From: Microthyrium microscopicum
Lineage: Eukaryota
Direction of reading: 5' to 3'
DNA length: 64,000 nucleotides
NCBI GenBank assembly: GCA_010405405.1
Contig: MU004235.1
Span: 1,809,539-1,873,538, forward strand
Numbering within the stretch: position 1 is the first letter of the stretch; each line of letters opens with the position of its first letter. The translations under genes and the position numbers were made by a program. This document shows, one piece after another, positions 12,504 to 22,708 of the stretch. Under the pieces are notes generated by a model, which was given only the letters and a program-made list of their open reading frames with translations, was not told the DNA's origin and searched no databases.

Positions 12504-14435
12504 ATGCGCTTCAATTCCATCGATTTGACACTCGGCGACGTGCGCGGTGGCATCTACAAATTACTCGAACCTAGACCTGACGACGCGGATAACGGTGCGG
12601 ATAACGATGTGGATATAGATGTAGCGAAGAATGGGGGTGATTTTGACGTTGAGGGGTTTACGGTGCGGGAGGAGGCGTTGGTTGGGAAGTTGGATAGAAG
12701 GATTATGCCGTGTTTGTTTGGGATGATTGTTCTTAAGTAAGTTCTTCCGAGGAACGGGATATGTATACTGGGTAAACGGTTGGGATAAGATGGATGGACG
12801 GTGCTATAGGAGAAGTTTGGGAAGAGCTATGTTGCTGATATGTGTGGCAGTTACCTTGATCGTAATAGTCTTGCGAATGCTCGCATTCAAGGCATTGAGC
12901 AGGCTCTGGGTCTTTCTGGGTCGGATTTTAGTACGGCGATTTCGGTGTTCTTTGTGGGATATATTGGGTTGCAGATTCCGTCGAATTTGCTGATTACGAG
13001 GGTTCGGCCGAGCATATATCTTGTAAGCAACGCTCTTATTTCCTTCTAGAGGCTTTGTTGACGGTGGGATTCTAGCCTGGGTGTATGATTGCTTGGGGTT
13101 TTCTGTCTGGCGCGAGCGCGTTTGTGACGAGTTTTAAGGGGCTTGTGATGGTGAGGTTTCTGCTTGGCTTTGTTGAAGCGTAAGTTGCAAATCCCGATAT
13201 GGGAGAGGGAGCTCCAGCTAATGAAAGTTTGTAGGCCATTTTTCCCCGGTGCCTTGTTTTTGTTATCCTCCTGGTATACGAGGAAGGAACTTGCGCTGCG
13301 GACTGCCATTCTGTATGCGGGGAGTTTGTTAGCGGGCGCATTTGGAGGTCTTGTTGGAGCTTCGATTGAGTACTTTTTCAATGGCTTTATGGGTGTCGAG
13401 TCGTGGCGGTATGTATACATGGTATAACGAGAAGGAGTTCACTAACTGATGTAGTTGGCTTTTTATGATTGAGGCGTCGTGTACTATATTGCTGGCCATA
13501 TCCGCCATGTAGGTTGTAGATGAGCTGTTGATGACACTGCTAATTTGAAAAGGTTTATACTGCCAGACTACCCTCACAGCACCAGATTTCTAACACCCGA
13601 CGAGAGAGCGATTGCCATGAGACGGGTGCAAGATCAAAGTGGAGTAAAAGATTCCACCAAAGGCAGTTTGATGACTGGTCTGAAAATGGCTCTCACTGAC
13701 TATAAAGTCTGGCTACTATCGTATTTCTTCCCTCATTATACCAGTAAAATCAGGTCACTGACAATCCAAGGCTTATCATTATCACCAAAACGAGTGCTGG
13801 CGCTGTCACATCTTTCATACCCACTCTTGTTGGAACTTTTGGCCTAGGACGAGTCAACACTCTACTACTAGTCGCTCCTCCTTATGTATGCGCAGCAGCT
13901 ATGACATTGGTCATCTCTCGAATGAGTGATCGACTAGGAGATCGAGCATACCATATCATGGGGCCTATGGTTCTTGCTGCTCTAGGTTTCTTCTTCGCCG
14001 CCGTCACTTTGAATACCGCGGTTCGCTATCTTTCCCTCTTCCTTATGCTAGGTGGCGTTTATGGAAGTTACAACGTCGCTCTGGCATGGATATCTAGCAC
14101 CGTAAGCGGCAATCACTGTCTCTGTAAGCATGTTTGGCTAACCTATCATGCAGTTACCACGACCAGTCGAAAAGCGATCCGCAGCCATAGCAATCATCAA
14201 CACGATGGGCAATGTTGCCCAGATCTACTCACCATACTTCTACCTGCCTGAAAACGGCCCACGGTATCTCCTGGCGATGGTGGCGAATGTATGTTTCTGC
14301 GCAGCGTGTATTGGCGTCACGGTAGTGCTACGGAAATGTTTGAAGCAGGAGAATGAAGATCTTACGAGGCGGAAGTACGATGATGGATACGATATTAATG
14401 AAGTAGATGAGATTGCGTATCGATATACATTGTAA
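12504..14435 (+). CDS. MFS transporter, allantoate/nicotinate permease (Dal5/Tna1-like) family; exons 12504-12736, 12851-13022, 13076-13179, 13235-13408, 13455-13508, 13553-13720, 13771-14101, 14154-14435
   Basis: Family motifs KLDRRIMP, NYLDRNSLANARI, QIPSNLL, RFLLGFVEAPFFPG..LSSWY, LPDYP..TRFLT; canonical GT-AG introns keep the frame. Confidence 0.9.
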
Positions 14436-14904
14436 GACTAATAAAATACAATCATGACTACACGAAGAACCTTTATGTTTGCCCAGTACTGCAAAGTGCC
14501 AAAAGACACTGATATCTTTAGCGCATCCAATACAGGAATTCCAAACAGTTATCATACAAACTTGATACTTAGAAACCAACATAAGCTAATCTAGATACCT
14601 ACCTAGGTAGAAGCAAGAGCAACTCCCACAAAGTAGCAACGACTTTTGAAATGCCCCAGAGTAGCATTGATAGACCCAGCAGAACCAGCAGAACGAAAAT
14701 GACATCGGAAGGGTAAAGGCCAAACTCATTACCTCCTTGAACCTGCCAAGAATCCACGTATGCAGGTTCAGGACTTCGGTCTGTTTGGCGTTGTCTACGC
14801 CAACGTTGTATCTCCTCCCCTTTAACCGCCTCTACCCTCTGTGGGATAGAAGAGTTGGCCAGGGTTGGGGAGGTATGCTGGTCTTCATTGCTTACTGCTG
14901 GAAT

Positions 14905-17021
14905 CTATGGAGTATTAGCAGAGTCATTTTCAGCAGTTACTGGGTGATATAACTTTTGCAGGCGGAGCAGGCGGTTGTCTAACATGAGCTGTTCCTTGTC
15001 CAGTTTGAGGTTTGCGATCTCCTTGCCAGATTCGGCCTTTTGCTTCCCCAAGTCTGTTAGCGCCTTTGCGTGGATGACCTCGAGCTTTTGAATGTGGCTA
15101 TGTAGATTGGAGATCTTGGTGAGGAGAGGTTGGACGCTCATGCTGGGAGCTTCTCCACATTTTTTCTTCTCAAGGGCCTGGGATTGGTTAGTATCGTGAT
15201 GTGATCAGTAGTCATGCGTTGCGTATTGACTGGGTCGTGTGATCTTTTCGTGGGAATTTGGAAAGCACAAACACACGTTATGGAAGCGGTGGGAGCCATC
15301 GAATGTGATGGCGCCCACTACTGCTTTTGGTAATGTCGAAGATTGTCGGAAGGATTGGGATAGGGAGACACTTACATCGCGGTACATTTGGAGTTGCCCG
15401 TTGAGTTTCTTGACCTGCTCGCCTGCGGCAGCCTTGCCATCTACCAACTCTTTCTGGAGCGCTTTCCTACCCTCAGAAGAATCGAATTGTTGTAGCTTCA
15501 AAGCCTGGAATAGTCAGCAAAATGTCAAATCTGAAGGCGATGTGGTGACGACCAAAAATGTCATGGAAGCCATCGCATGTGGTGGGAGCCATCAAATGCG
15601 CTGGCAGCCACCGAAGCTTTAAACCGATTTCGAATGCCTTCAATGTGGTTGGGAGTTAGGGAATCTTACCTGCTCGAGCGACCCATTTGTCCTGCGAAGA
15701 TCTGCGATTGTATTATCTTGGGCACGAATGGTCTCGGCTTGCTTTTCTCCGGCTTCTTCGAGGTCACAGATGGTCTTTTTCAAGGCCGAACTGGATTTTG
15801 TCAGTATAGATTACAACGCAACCAGAGCTAACACGCCATGTGGTGAAACCTTGAAACTCCCATCGCATCTGGTGGGAACCATCGAGTGCGATGGGAAATA
15901 CAAGGTTTTTGATTTCATCGTTTGTCTCTAGGAAATGTGGGTTGACACGGGAGAATCTTACCTAGAAACTGTTAGTATACGATTGTAATCCGAGCTAAAA
16001 CGTCTGAAAAGCGCAAATGATCTCCTCAAGGTAAAACCATAAAACACCCATCGCACTCTATGGCAGCCATCGAGTGCGATGGGGGATTTGATTGTTTTGG
16101 TCCCGTCGGATGTCGTCAAGATATTTGGTTTGGCATGGGGGGAATCTTACATCTTCTCAGAATTATACTTCTCAATATCCACCTTCTCGCTCCAGTAATG
16201 CTTCCGGATCGCGGTAATCTCGTTCTGAGCAGTGGAGAGCTTGTGACGAAGGATCGCAATCTCCTTCTCATGAACCTCTTCCAAGGCTTCATGGGCTTCG
16301 ATCGTCATCAACAGCTGGCATTTGTTAGAGAATGGGGGCAAAACTGAGGTTCGCTGGTAGGCTGGAGAATTCTGGCGTGCTCCCATGAACGTCGATAATG
16401 CCCATCGTCTTTGATAAGCAGGAGATGCTCTTCTTGCCATCACACTCGATGATGACGAGGACATCTGATGGCAAAGAAAGCATCCAATGGGAAATAACAA
16501 GTCCGATGGGGAAAACATGACTTCCAAAATATCGCAGTAGATGGCAGCCATCAAAGCAGCTGGGAAGTAAAATTCACCGAAACAAGCTCATCCACCTCCT
16601 CCGGGATGCTCTCAACATCATCGGAATCACTACCAATCATCTCACAATCATCGCTATCGGACCACTCTACAAGCACTGTTAGCTCAACTCCGGGATACTG
16701 AAATAGCGAAAAATGCACAAAAGTCGAGACCCCGGATTTCGGCCATCAAATCATATGGCCAGAAACGCACTTCATCACGCCCATCGACTCTGATGGACAA
16801 GAAGAGAGCTTATCACAAAACACAGATTATGTGGAATGTTGTTTCCAGGAAGATGAAAACATACCAGATTCAGAAGACTCCGCCAACTCACAGAAGCTAC
16901 CCTCCGAACTGCAGTCAGTACCAGAGACTTCCATTCTGGGCACGACGTTCAGGACCTCTGGCTCTGAGGTCCAGCTCATGGCGCTGCTTGGGCGGGAAGG
17001 AATGGTGGGGATAGATGCCAT
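14905..17021 (-). CDS. Orphan ~310-aa protein with acidic N-terminus and coiled-coil C-terminus; exons 17021-16865, 16666-16578, 16314-16151, 15790-15670, 15504-15376, 15177-14905
   Basis: Six introns, each with GT donor, CTRAC branch and YAG acceptor; splicing gives an uninterrupted 933-nt frame (...YNSEKISALKKTICDLEEAGEKQAETIRAQ...). Confidence 0.75.
15178..16864 (-). mobile_element. Six related long hairpin introns (introner-like element candidates): 16864-16667, 16577-16315, 16150-15962, 15961-15791, 15669-15505, 15375-15178
   Basis: 37-nt core aligns without gaps at 16047-16083, 15859-15895, 15569-15605 and 16528-16564, partially at 15288-15312; CCATC-N6-GATGG unit at 16781-16796; three introns start GTAAGATTC. 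Mobility itself is inferred. Confidence 0.6.
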
Positions 17022-18004
17022 GTTTGGAAACGAGTGTTGTTACTTGGGGTAGTAGTGATTTGCTAAACGGGAAACTGGTTTGGGACAAAATGTAGAAATT
17101 GGAAGTGAGATGGGTGGAAAGGAAAGAAACGAAGAAACAACAGCAGATGGAGGGCTTATAAGGGATTAGATACCTGGAAACGTCACTTCTGGGAAATAAT
17201 TGGTTTGTGTATGGTACAAATGAGCCATTAATTCTCGACTTGTTGGTGTCTACCTGTTGCTATTGTTCGTGGTTGATATTGGGTACCAAAGAACTTTGGT
17301 TCCAGGAAATTGAATGGGATATCGTGAAATGTATAAAACTGTTGAAAAGGTAAGCATCACTTTCTAAAGTTCAAATAGAGTAAGGAACGGCTGGAAAGTT
17401 TGAAATAATTGATTCTGGTATCTGTATATCGTTTCGTTCGTGAGTTGAGCGCATCGGGTGCTTGCTTTTTAAAAATGGAGAGTGGTTTTCTCCACCTCTA
17501 CCAAAGATCTGGCCTTTCAATATGATGCACAAGTAGGTAGGCTAAGAAGGATACCGGTACTACTCTGATGGTAAGGCCATGGCGTGCTGGAGTGAAGCCT
17601 GTTTACCAACCAAATTCCAATTCCCGGGCTCTTCGGTGCTCCCTGGTTGGATTATGGACATCGACAAATATCTACCAATAAATCGAAGGGAGTCAGGTGA
17701 TGCTGGTTTGAGTCGACAAGTTACTCGACAGACTAATGTGGCCAGGTGTAAAACACTAGACAGCGACATAGTGGCCACAGATGGCTTGTGAATGACATGC
17801 CAGGAGTTCAACGACATCGTTGTTGAGAAGCTGGCTTTGGATGTGTTCCCTATGAGAGATTCCGGATCCCTGAGGCTTTATGGGAACCAGTCGACAGGAG
17901 GCCCATACATTTGCTTTTGTAAGATTAGTTTGGAGATTCCGGTCAGGATCAGCATGGCATCCAAAGTCATCTTCTTTGGTGCGGTGGGTCGAGTGAAATC
18001 AGGA

Positions 18005-18687
18005 TCATTTCTCCGGAGCATCAGGTAGTCTTTCAATGACATATTTTCCTGGCGAATGGTCAGTCAAGTCGGTGGGTACAGAGATCGTGACTTACCTCTA
18101 GCGACGGACATGATGGGCACACCCGGCACCCTTCTTATGCGTCTCTTCAGGTCTCTATCATTTGTAGCAACGATATAGATTTTGTGTCTTTGTATCCTGT
18201 CCACAATGCAGTCATCTGCATATACGCCTTTGTGGTCACACTTTAGCCGTTCCCAACGTTCGTCTCGTGCAATGCGCAAAGCTATGCGATATCGAGGACC
18301 TAGCTTTTCCAACTCTGCCATCACACACGATGTGATGATCGGTTTGCAGGTGGCATAGAGACAAGACATCATGCTCTCGAGAAGGTCGAGTTTCTTGGAG
18401 ACCGTATGGCTGAGGAAATTGGTATCGACCAGGACATGATATGGGGGACGGAGGGCGGCGTTGTATTGAAAGAAGAGACTCGAGGATACTTGTGGACTGC
18501 GCATCATTAGTAGCTGTATCTTCCATCGTGAGGGTGGTTAATCTTACACTTCACGGATCACCTCATCAGCCTTTGGCTTTTTCTGAGCCTCTTCATTGGC
18601 AAGAATATTCTTCTTCAAACGGGAGTCTCGCTGTGTGATTTGGAGCTTCTTTTGCGCAAACTTGCGAGTCTTTTTGGCGCGCGACAT
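18005..18687 (-). CDS. FCF1: rRNA-processing PIN-domain protein Fcf1/Utp24; exons 18687-18548, 18496-18096, 18048-18005
   Basis: MSRAKKTRKFA...PQVSSSLFFQYN..PPYHVLVDTNF...CVMAELEKLG...HKGVYADDC...VATND.DLKRRIR..PGVP...YVIERLPDAP; canonical introns. Confidence 0.95.
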
Positions 18688-19540
18688 GGTTGCTGTGTTA
18701 TTGGGATCAGGCAGTCTCTGGCATAAATCGTATTTGTCAATGTCTGATGGTGTAGAGGTTTGGTCTATCGAAAAAAATATGCAGCTAAATTTAGGACGAG
18801 GGGCGACTGGGATGAACTATCGATCGATGACATAAGCATCTTTGATTTGCTCGTGTGGTAACTCTAGAGACGGCTGCTGGCCTTGGCGGTATTTGGTTGC
18901 TGCAGGTGCGTGTCGATTTGGTGCAAGAGCGACCGGGTTAAACTGCATCGAGGCAAGATTGAAGGCAGGCACGACCTGGGGCAGCCCATGATCCATGCAT
19001 CAAAGCCTCTTCATCTGCGCCTGCCGCTCCCTTTCTCCCTGGTTTGATCTCTTTTGGCAGTGGCTCCCCAGAATCCAGAATCGTGCCTGCCATTCCTGCC
19101 AATTGCTCCTTCCTCAATCTCTTCAACTCTTCAACACCATACTTTGTATCACCAAGTCTTTTCTCTTCTTCCACTGCGTTGACGAGTCACCAAAGAACCC
19201 ATTATACATATATCATTACTGCCTCCTTTGTTTGCAACACTCCCTCGTCAACTGTTGTGCTGCCCTCACTGCCCTCGCCCTGTTTCACCACTCCTGACAT
19301 CCAGCCAACGTCTACGCTTTCGACCATCTATACATCGCGATACCTTGAGCGCGTCCATTGTTTCAATCTGTGTTCTGACAGCTGCGGAAACTAGTTCTGT
19401 AGTTCTTGTTCTCCAACTTGCGCCTCAAAGACTTGCAGCTCGGACCGCGTATCGAATTCGACAACATTCCTCCGAAGCGCTACACAAACGGTCAACTGTC
19501 GTCTTCGTCCTCTCCTTACCACCATCCCATATAGCCCATA

Positions 19541-20626
19541 ATGGATAGACGGAAAGACATGAGCTTACAGCTGGTCGTGGCACTGCTTCTCACTGGCTGG
19601 GCGTCTGCACAAAATAACAATAACAACCAGCAAACGACCACCCAGGCCAACAACAACCAGCAGACCACAACAGCAGCTCAGCCAGCGACGACGGCGACGA
19701 CTAATAATAACAACAACCAACAGACTAACTCTCAGACCGGAAATACACAGACCTCACAAACAAATCAAGGAACCACTCAAGGCATAACGGGTATTCCAAC
19801 TGCAACAACTGCTTCAAGTACAATTACTTCTGCCTCGAGCACAATAGATGCAGGATCTGGACCAACAGATCTACCTACGATTGCTGGCTATGGCATCCCC
19901 ACTATGGTTGTTCCTTGGACCGCCGGCGCCCCATTCATGTACAAGTCGTCTCTACCAGAAGGTACTGTCTTCATATGCGTAGGCGCTCTTCTTGGAGCAA
20001 TGGGAGCGGCGGTTTTGATATGGCGAGGATTAGTTGCATGGTCTCTACACCGCAGCGTTAAGAGAGCAAACCGAAACCTACTGGCTCCTACAGACGGCAA
20101 ACTGTCCAAGGGCGGTTATGGCAACAGCACTATCGCTTTGGCTTCAGCCAACATGCATTCCATGGATCATCTTGCAACACCGGCAAAGAAACCTATCGCC
20201 CGTGCCAGTCTTGCACAAACTCCGGCCGCAGCACGAAACTCATCTCTATTTTTCTCTCCCACTGCCGGCGCTGGCCACCATACCCCAGGCACATACAACT
20301 CCAACTCTGTCAACCGCTCGTCAAGTTATCTACCATCTGGCTACTACGCTGCACCTGGCGCCGCTGCTCCAGGCGCTACACAAATCGGTTCTGGAACATC
20401 CCGCGCGCACGCCCGCCAGTCGCGCTACGAAGTCTCTCCACCTAGCAGTCCTGGTCTTCCACCAAGCCGCGGCGGTGCAAGCATTCACGGTGGTCAGCAA
20501 ATGTACACGCAGCCAAGCATAAGTAGCTTGAACTTGCATGTACCCGGCAACGCACAACCTGGTGGTCGAGCTCCCAGTGCCAATTTGGATGAGCTTTTTG
20601 GTAATGACCCGCATACACGGCGGTAG
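19541..20626 (+). CDS. Single-pass membrane protein, Csi2-like (signal peptide, N/Q/T-rich ectodomain, TM helix, Ser/Pro tail)
   Basis: Intact 361-aa ORF; segment APFMYKSSLPEGTVFICVGALLG..AVLIWRGLVAWSLHRSVKRA resembles fungal Csi2-like proteins. Confidence 0.75.
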   Translation: MDRRKDMSLQLVVALLLTGWASAQNNNNNQQTTTQANNNQQTTTAAQPATTATTNNNNNQQTNSQTGNTQTSQTNQGTTQGITGIPTATTASSTITSASSTIDAGSGPTDLPTIAGYGIPTMVVPWTAGAPFMYKSSLPEGTVFICVGALLGAMGAAVLIWRGLVAWSLHRSVKRANRNLLAPTDGKLSKGGYGNSTIALASANMHSMDHLATPAKKPIARASLAQTPAAARNSSLFFSPTAGAGHHTPGTYNSNSVNRSSSYLPSGYYAAPGAAAPGATQIGSGTSRAHARQSRYEVSPPSSPGLPPSRGGASIHGGQQMYTQPSISSLNLHVPGNAQPGGRAPSANLDELFGNDPHTRR

Positions 20627-21175
20627 AGCCCGCTTGGCAGTATTGCGCAGAAATCTATTGATTCGACCAAAGACTGAGGAAGCGGTAATGTAGTCGAAAA
20701 CCTAGCAGTCAAAGAGTCATTTTGGTAGGGGCGTACGCTTATGATGAGGACGCTACAGTCGCATATGTATTCTTACCCAAGATCAGTCTGTTCGCAAGCA
20801 CGAGCGGCATAATTGTACATGACTTGGGGATCATTGGGTTTAATGGCGTTGGAACCGCATGGGAAGCGGACTTTTGGCATGTCGTGATGGTATTCTACTT
20901 CTTGTTAGTATAGTTGTACTCCAAACAATAATGCCATTCAATTAACTCTTAGTCCTTACTTTCTCACAATCGGACGCGCTAACATGTCAATAGAGATCTA
21001 ATCTTTTCCAAGACTTACAAGCTCACATCACATCAAGACGGGATTGACATAACCGATAACAACGGAGCAAATATATTCTTCTACATCCATACCAATTGCT
21101 TTAAAATCCACCAACACCATTAATGTACAAACCCCAACCCTCCTATCCCTCCCCTTCACCTTCATCCTCATCCCC

Positions 21176-21703
21176 CTAATTCACAATCGTCATCGGCTTC
21201 GCCTTCTCCTTCTGTTTGGGCGCTGCATCATGCCCATGTCCCGTCGCCGCACCCAACGGCGTCCCCGGCGCTGGCATCGCCGCCGCTGGCGTCTGCGCTC
21301 CTCCCTTGGCCCCTCCTTTGGCTCCTGGTCCGAATAGTTTGTCTAGGTCATACTCGCCTTGCACCATGCTGGGAATCACACAGCCGTTGCAGATTCCTGT
21401 GCCGCCGTTGTGGTCGTGCACGCTGTCGTGGTTGTTGTGGGTGGCCATGTGGCAGCCGCCCATGCAGAAGGCGTCTTCGACGGTGCGGTCGACTGATGTT
21501 CCGCATTGCTGGGGGTTTGTTAGTGGGTGGAAAGGGTATTTGGGAAGGGGGGTTGAACGCTGGAGGATATGGGGAATGGGGTCACGTACCTTTGTGCAAG
21601 TTTCGTGGATTATGGCTTCGCATTTTTTGCAGTCTGCTTGGACGGTGAAGGCGGACGCGAAGGTCGCTGAGGTGAGGACGAGAAGGGCGGTGAAGAGTTT
21701 CAT
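21176..21703 (-). CDS. Small secreted Cys-rich protein, effector candidate (~148 aa; intron 21589-21509)
   Basis: Signal peptide MKLFTALLVLTSATFASA; 8 Cys after splicing; GTACGT...CTAAC...CAG intron; Gly/Ala/Pro tail. Confidence 0.8.
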   Translation of the reverse strand: MKLFTALLVLTSATFASAFTVQADCKKCEAIIHETCTKVRDPIPHILQRSTPLPKYPFHPLTNPQQCGTSVDRTVEDAFCMGGCHMATHNNHDSVHDHNGGTGICNGCVIPSMVQGEYDLDKLFGPGAKGGAKGGAQTPAAAMPAPGTPLGAATGHGHDAAPKQKEKAKPMTIVN

Positions 21704-22708
21704 GATGTCGAGTATTTGAGGATACGTTTATGTGTTTTTTTTTCTTGTCGAATGAGTGTTGTAGTTGAGTATTTCTCGTATTTTGAATAATTTTCGTTTG
21801 TTATACCTTAGGCGGGAAAAATGGGCAGGACGTTCTACTTTAAGGACTTGTACACACGGTCGTTCAATACTTGAACAGCTATTACACCGAGCCGCATATT
21901 AAAAAGGGGCAAATGGCAAGTACTATGGGAATCTAGGTTGACGTTTATCATGTCACAGCTTACACACTACATGGCCGCAAATTAATAAGAGTAAAACTAT
22001 GGCACGACTACTGTGTTCGTCTACCGCTCCGATAGTCTCTGGCGGGTCATGATTGTAGGGTCAACGCGGGTGTCCCGTTCTTAGAACGTCCAATATACTA
22101 TAGAATGCGTGGGCAAATATTTTCTGTTTTGCGGTACAAGTGTTGCTTGGGCACTATAAGGCAGGGCCAAGAATAGGTGGTGGTCTTGATCTGACGTGTC
22201 TCAGAATTATAGATGACAGGTTATTAGTTGAGCCTCGACTATAGTTAGGTCTACGTAATAAGGTCGAGATTGTTACCTCCTTGTCACTTTGGGTTTACCC
22301 GTGGATGTATGAAGATATAGGTATTTCTTGTGTACGGGTTGAGGATCGGTACTCTAGTGTCGTTTGTTTGTTTGATCTCTACAGTTTACTTGTTTGTTTC
22401 GACTTGACATTAAAGTTGTGTGTTTTTGAGCTTCTATTTGGAACCTCTATGCCTAAAACACATTGTCATACGTTGCGAGTGTTGCAAACAGGGAAAAGAA
22501 AAAGAAAATAAGTATTAAAATCAAGTCGTCATCAGTCAGTGACTGACAGGTCTGAGAATATCATGGATCCAAACTCATCGATTACCTAGGTACATGTCTT
22601 ATTTAAGTTGATATAACAATACATTGAATAAATAGGGCCTACAATCGGAACGATGAAATGAAAGCAACATCCACTTGAGTGTACGTGGAGTCACAAAGTT
22701 TACAAATG

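Noticed and set aside
12737..12850. 114-nt first intron of the MFS gene as another hairpin-family member
   Set aside because: Only a short terminal stem (agttcttcc/ggaagagct) and no CCATC-N6-GATGG core.
15791..16150. Nested stwintron ([D1,2] or [A2,3] type)
   Set aside because: Both introns have complete donor and acceptor elements and the upstream exon ends in AT, so neither interrupts a splice element of the other; they simply abut.
15288..16796. Regularly recurring 37-nt palindromes resembling a CRISPR array
   Set aside because: Eukaryotic context, spacing of ~190-480 bp, degenerate copies, each inside an intron, no cas genes.
15178..16864. Intronic snoRNA host-gene interpretation
   Set aside because: No consistent box C/D or H/ACA arrangement seen in the sense strand; the ATGATGA at ~16449 is antisense. 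Not excluded without a covariance-model search.
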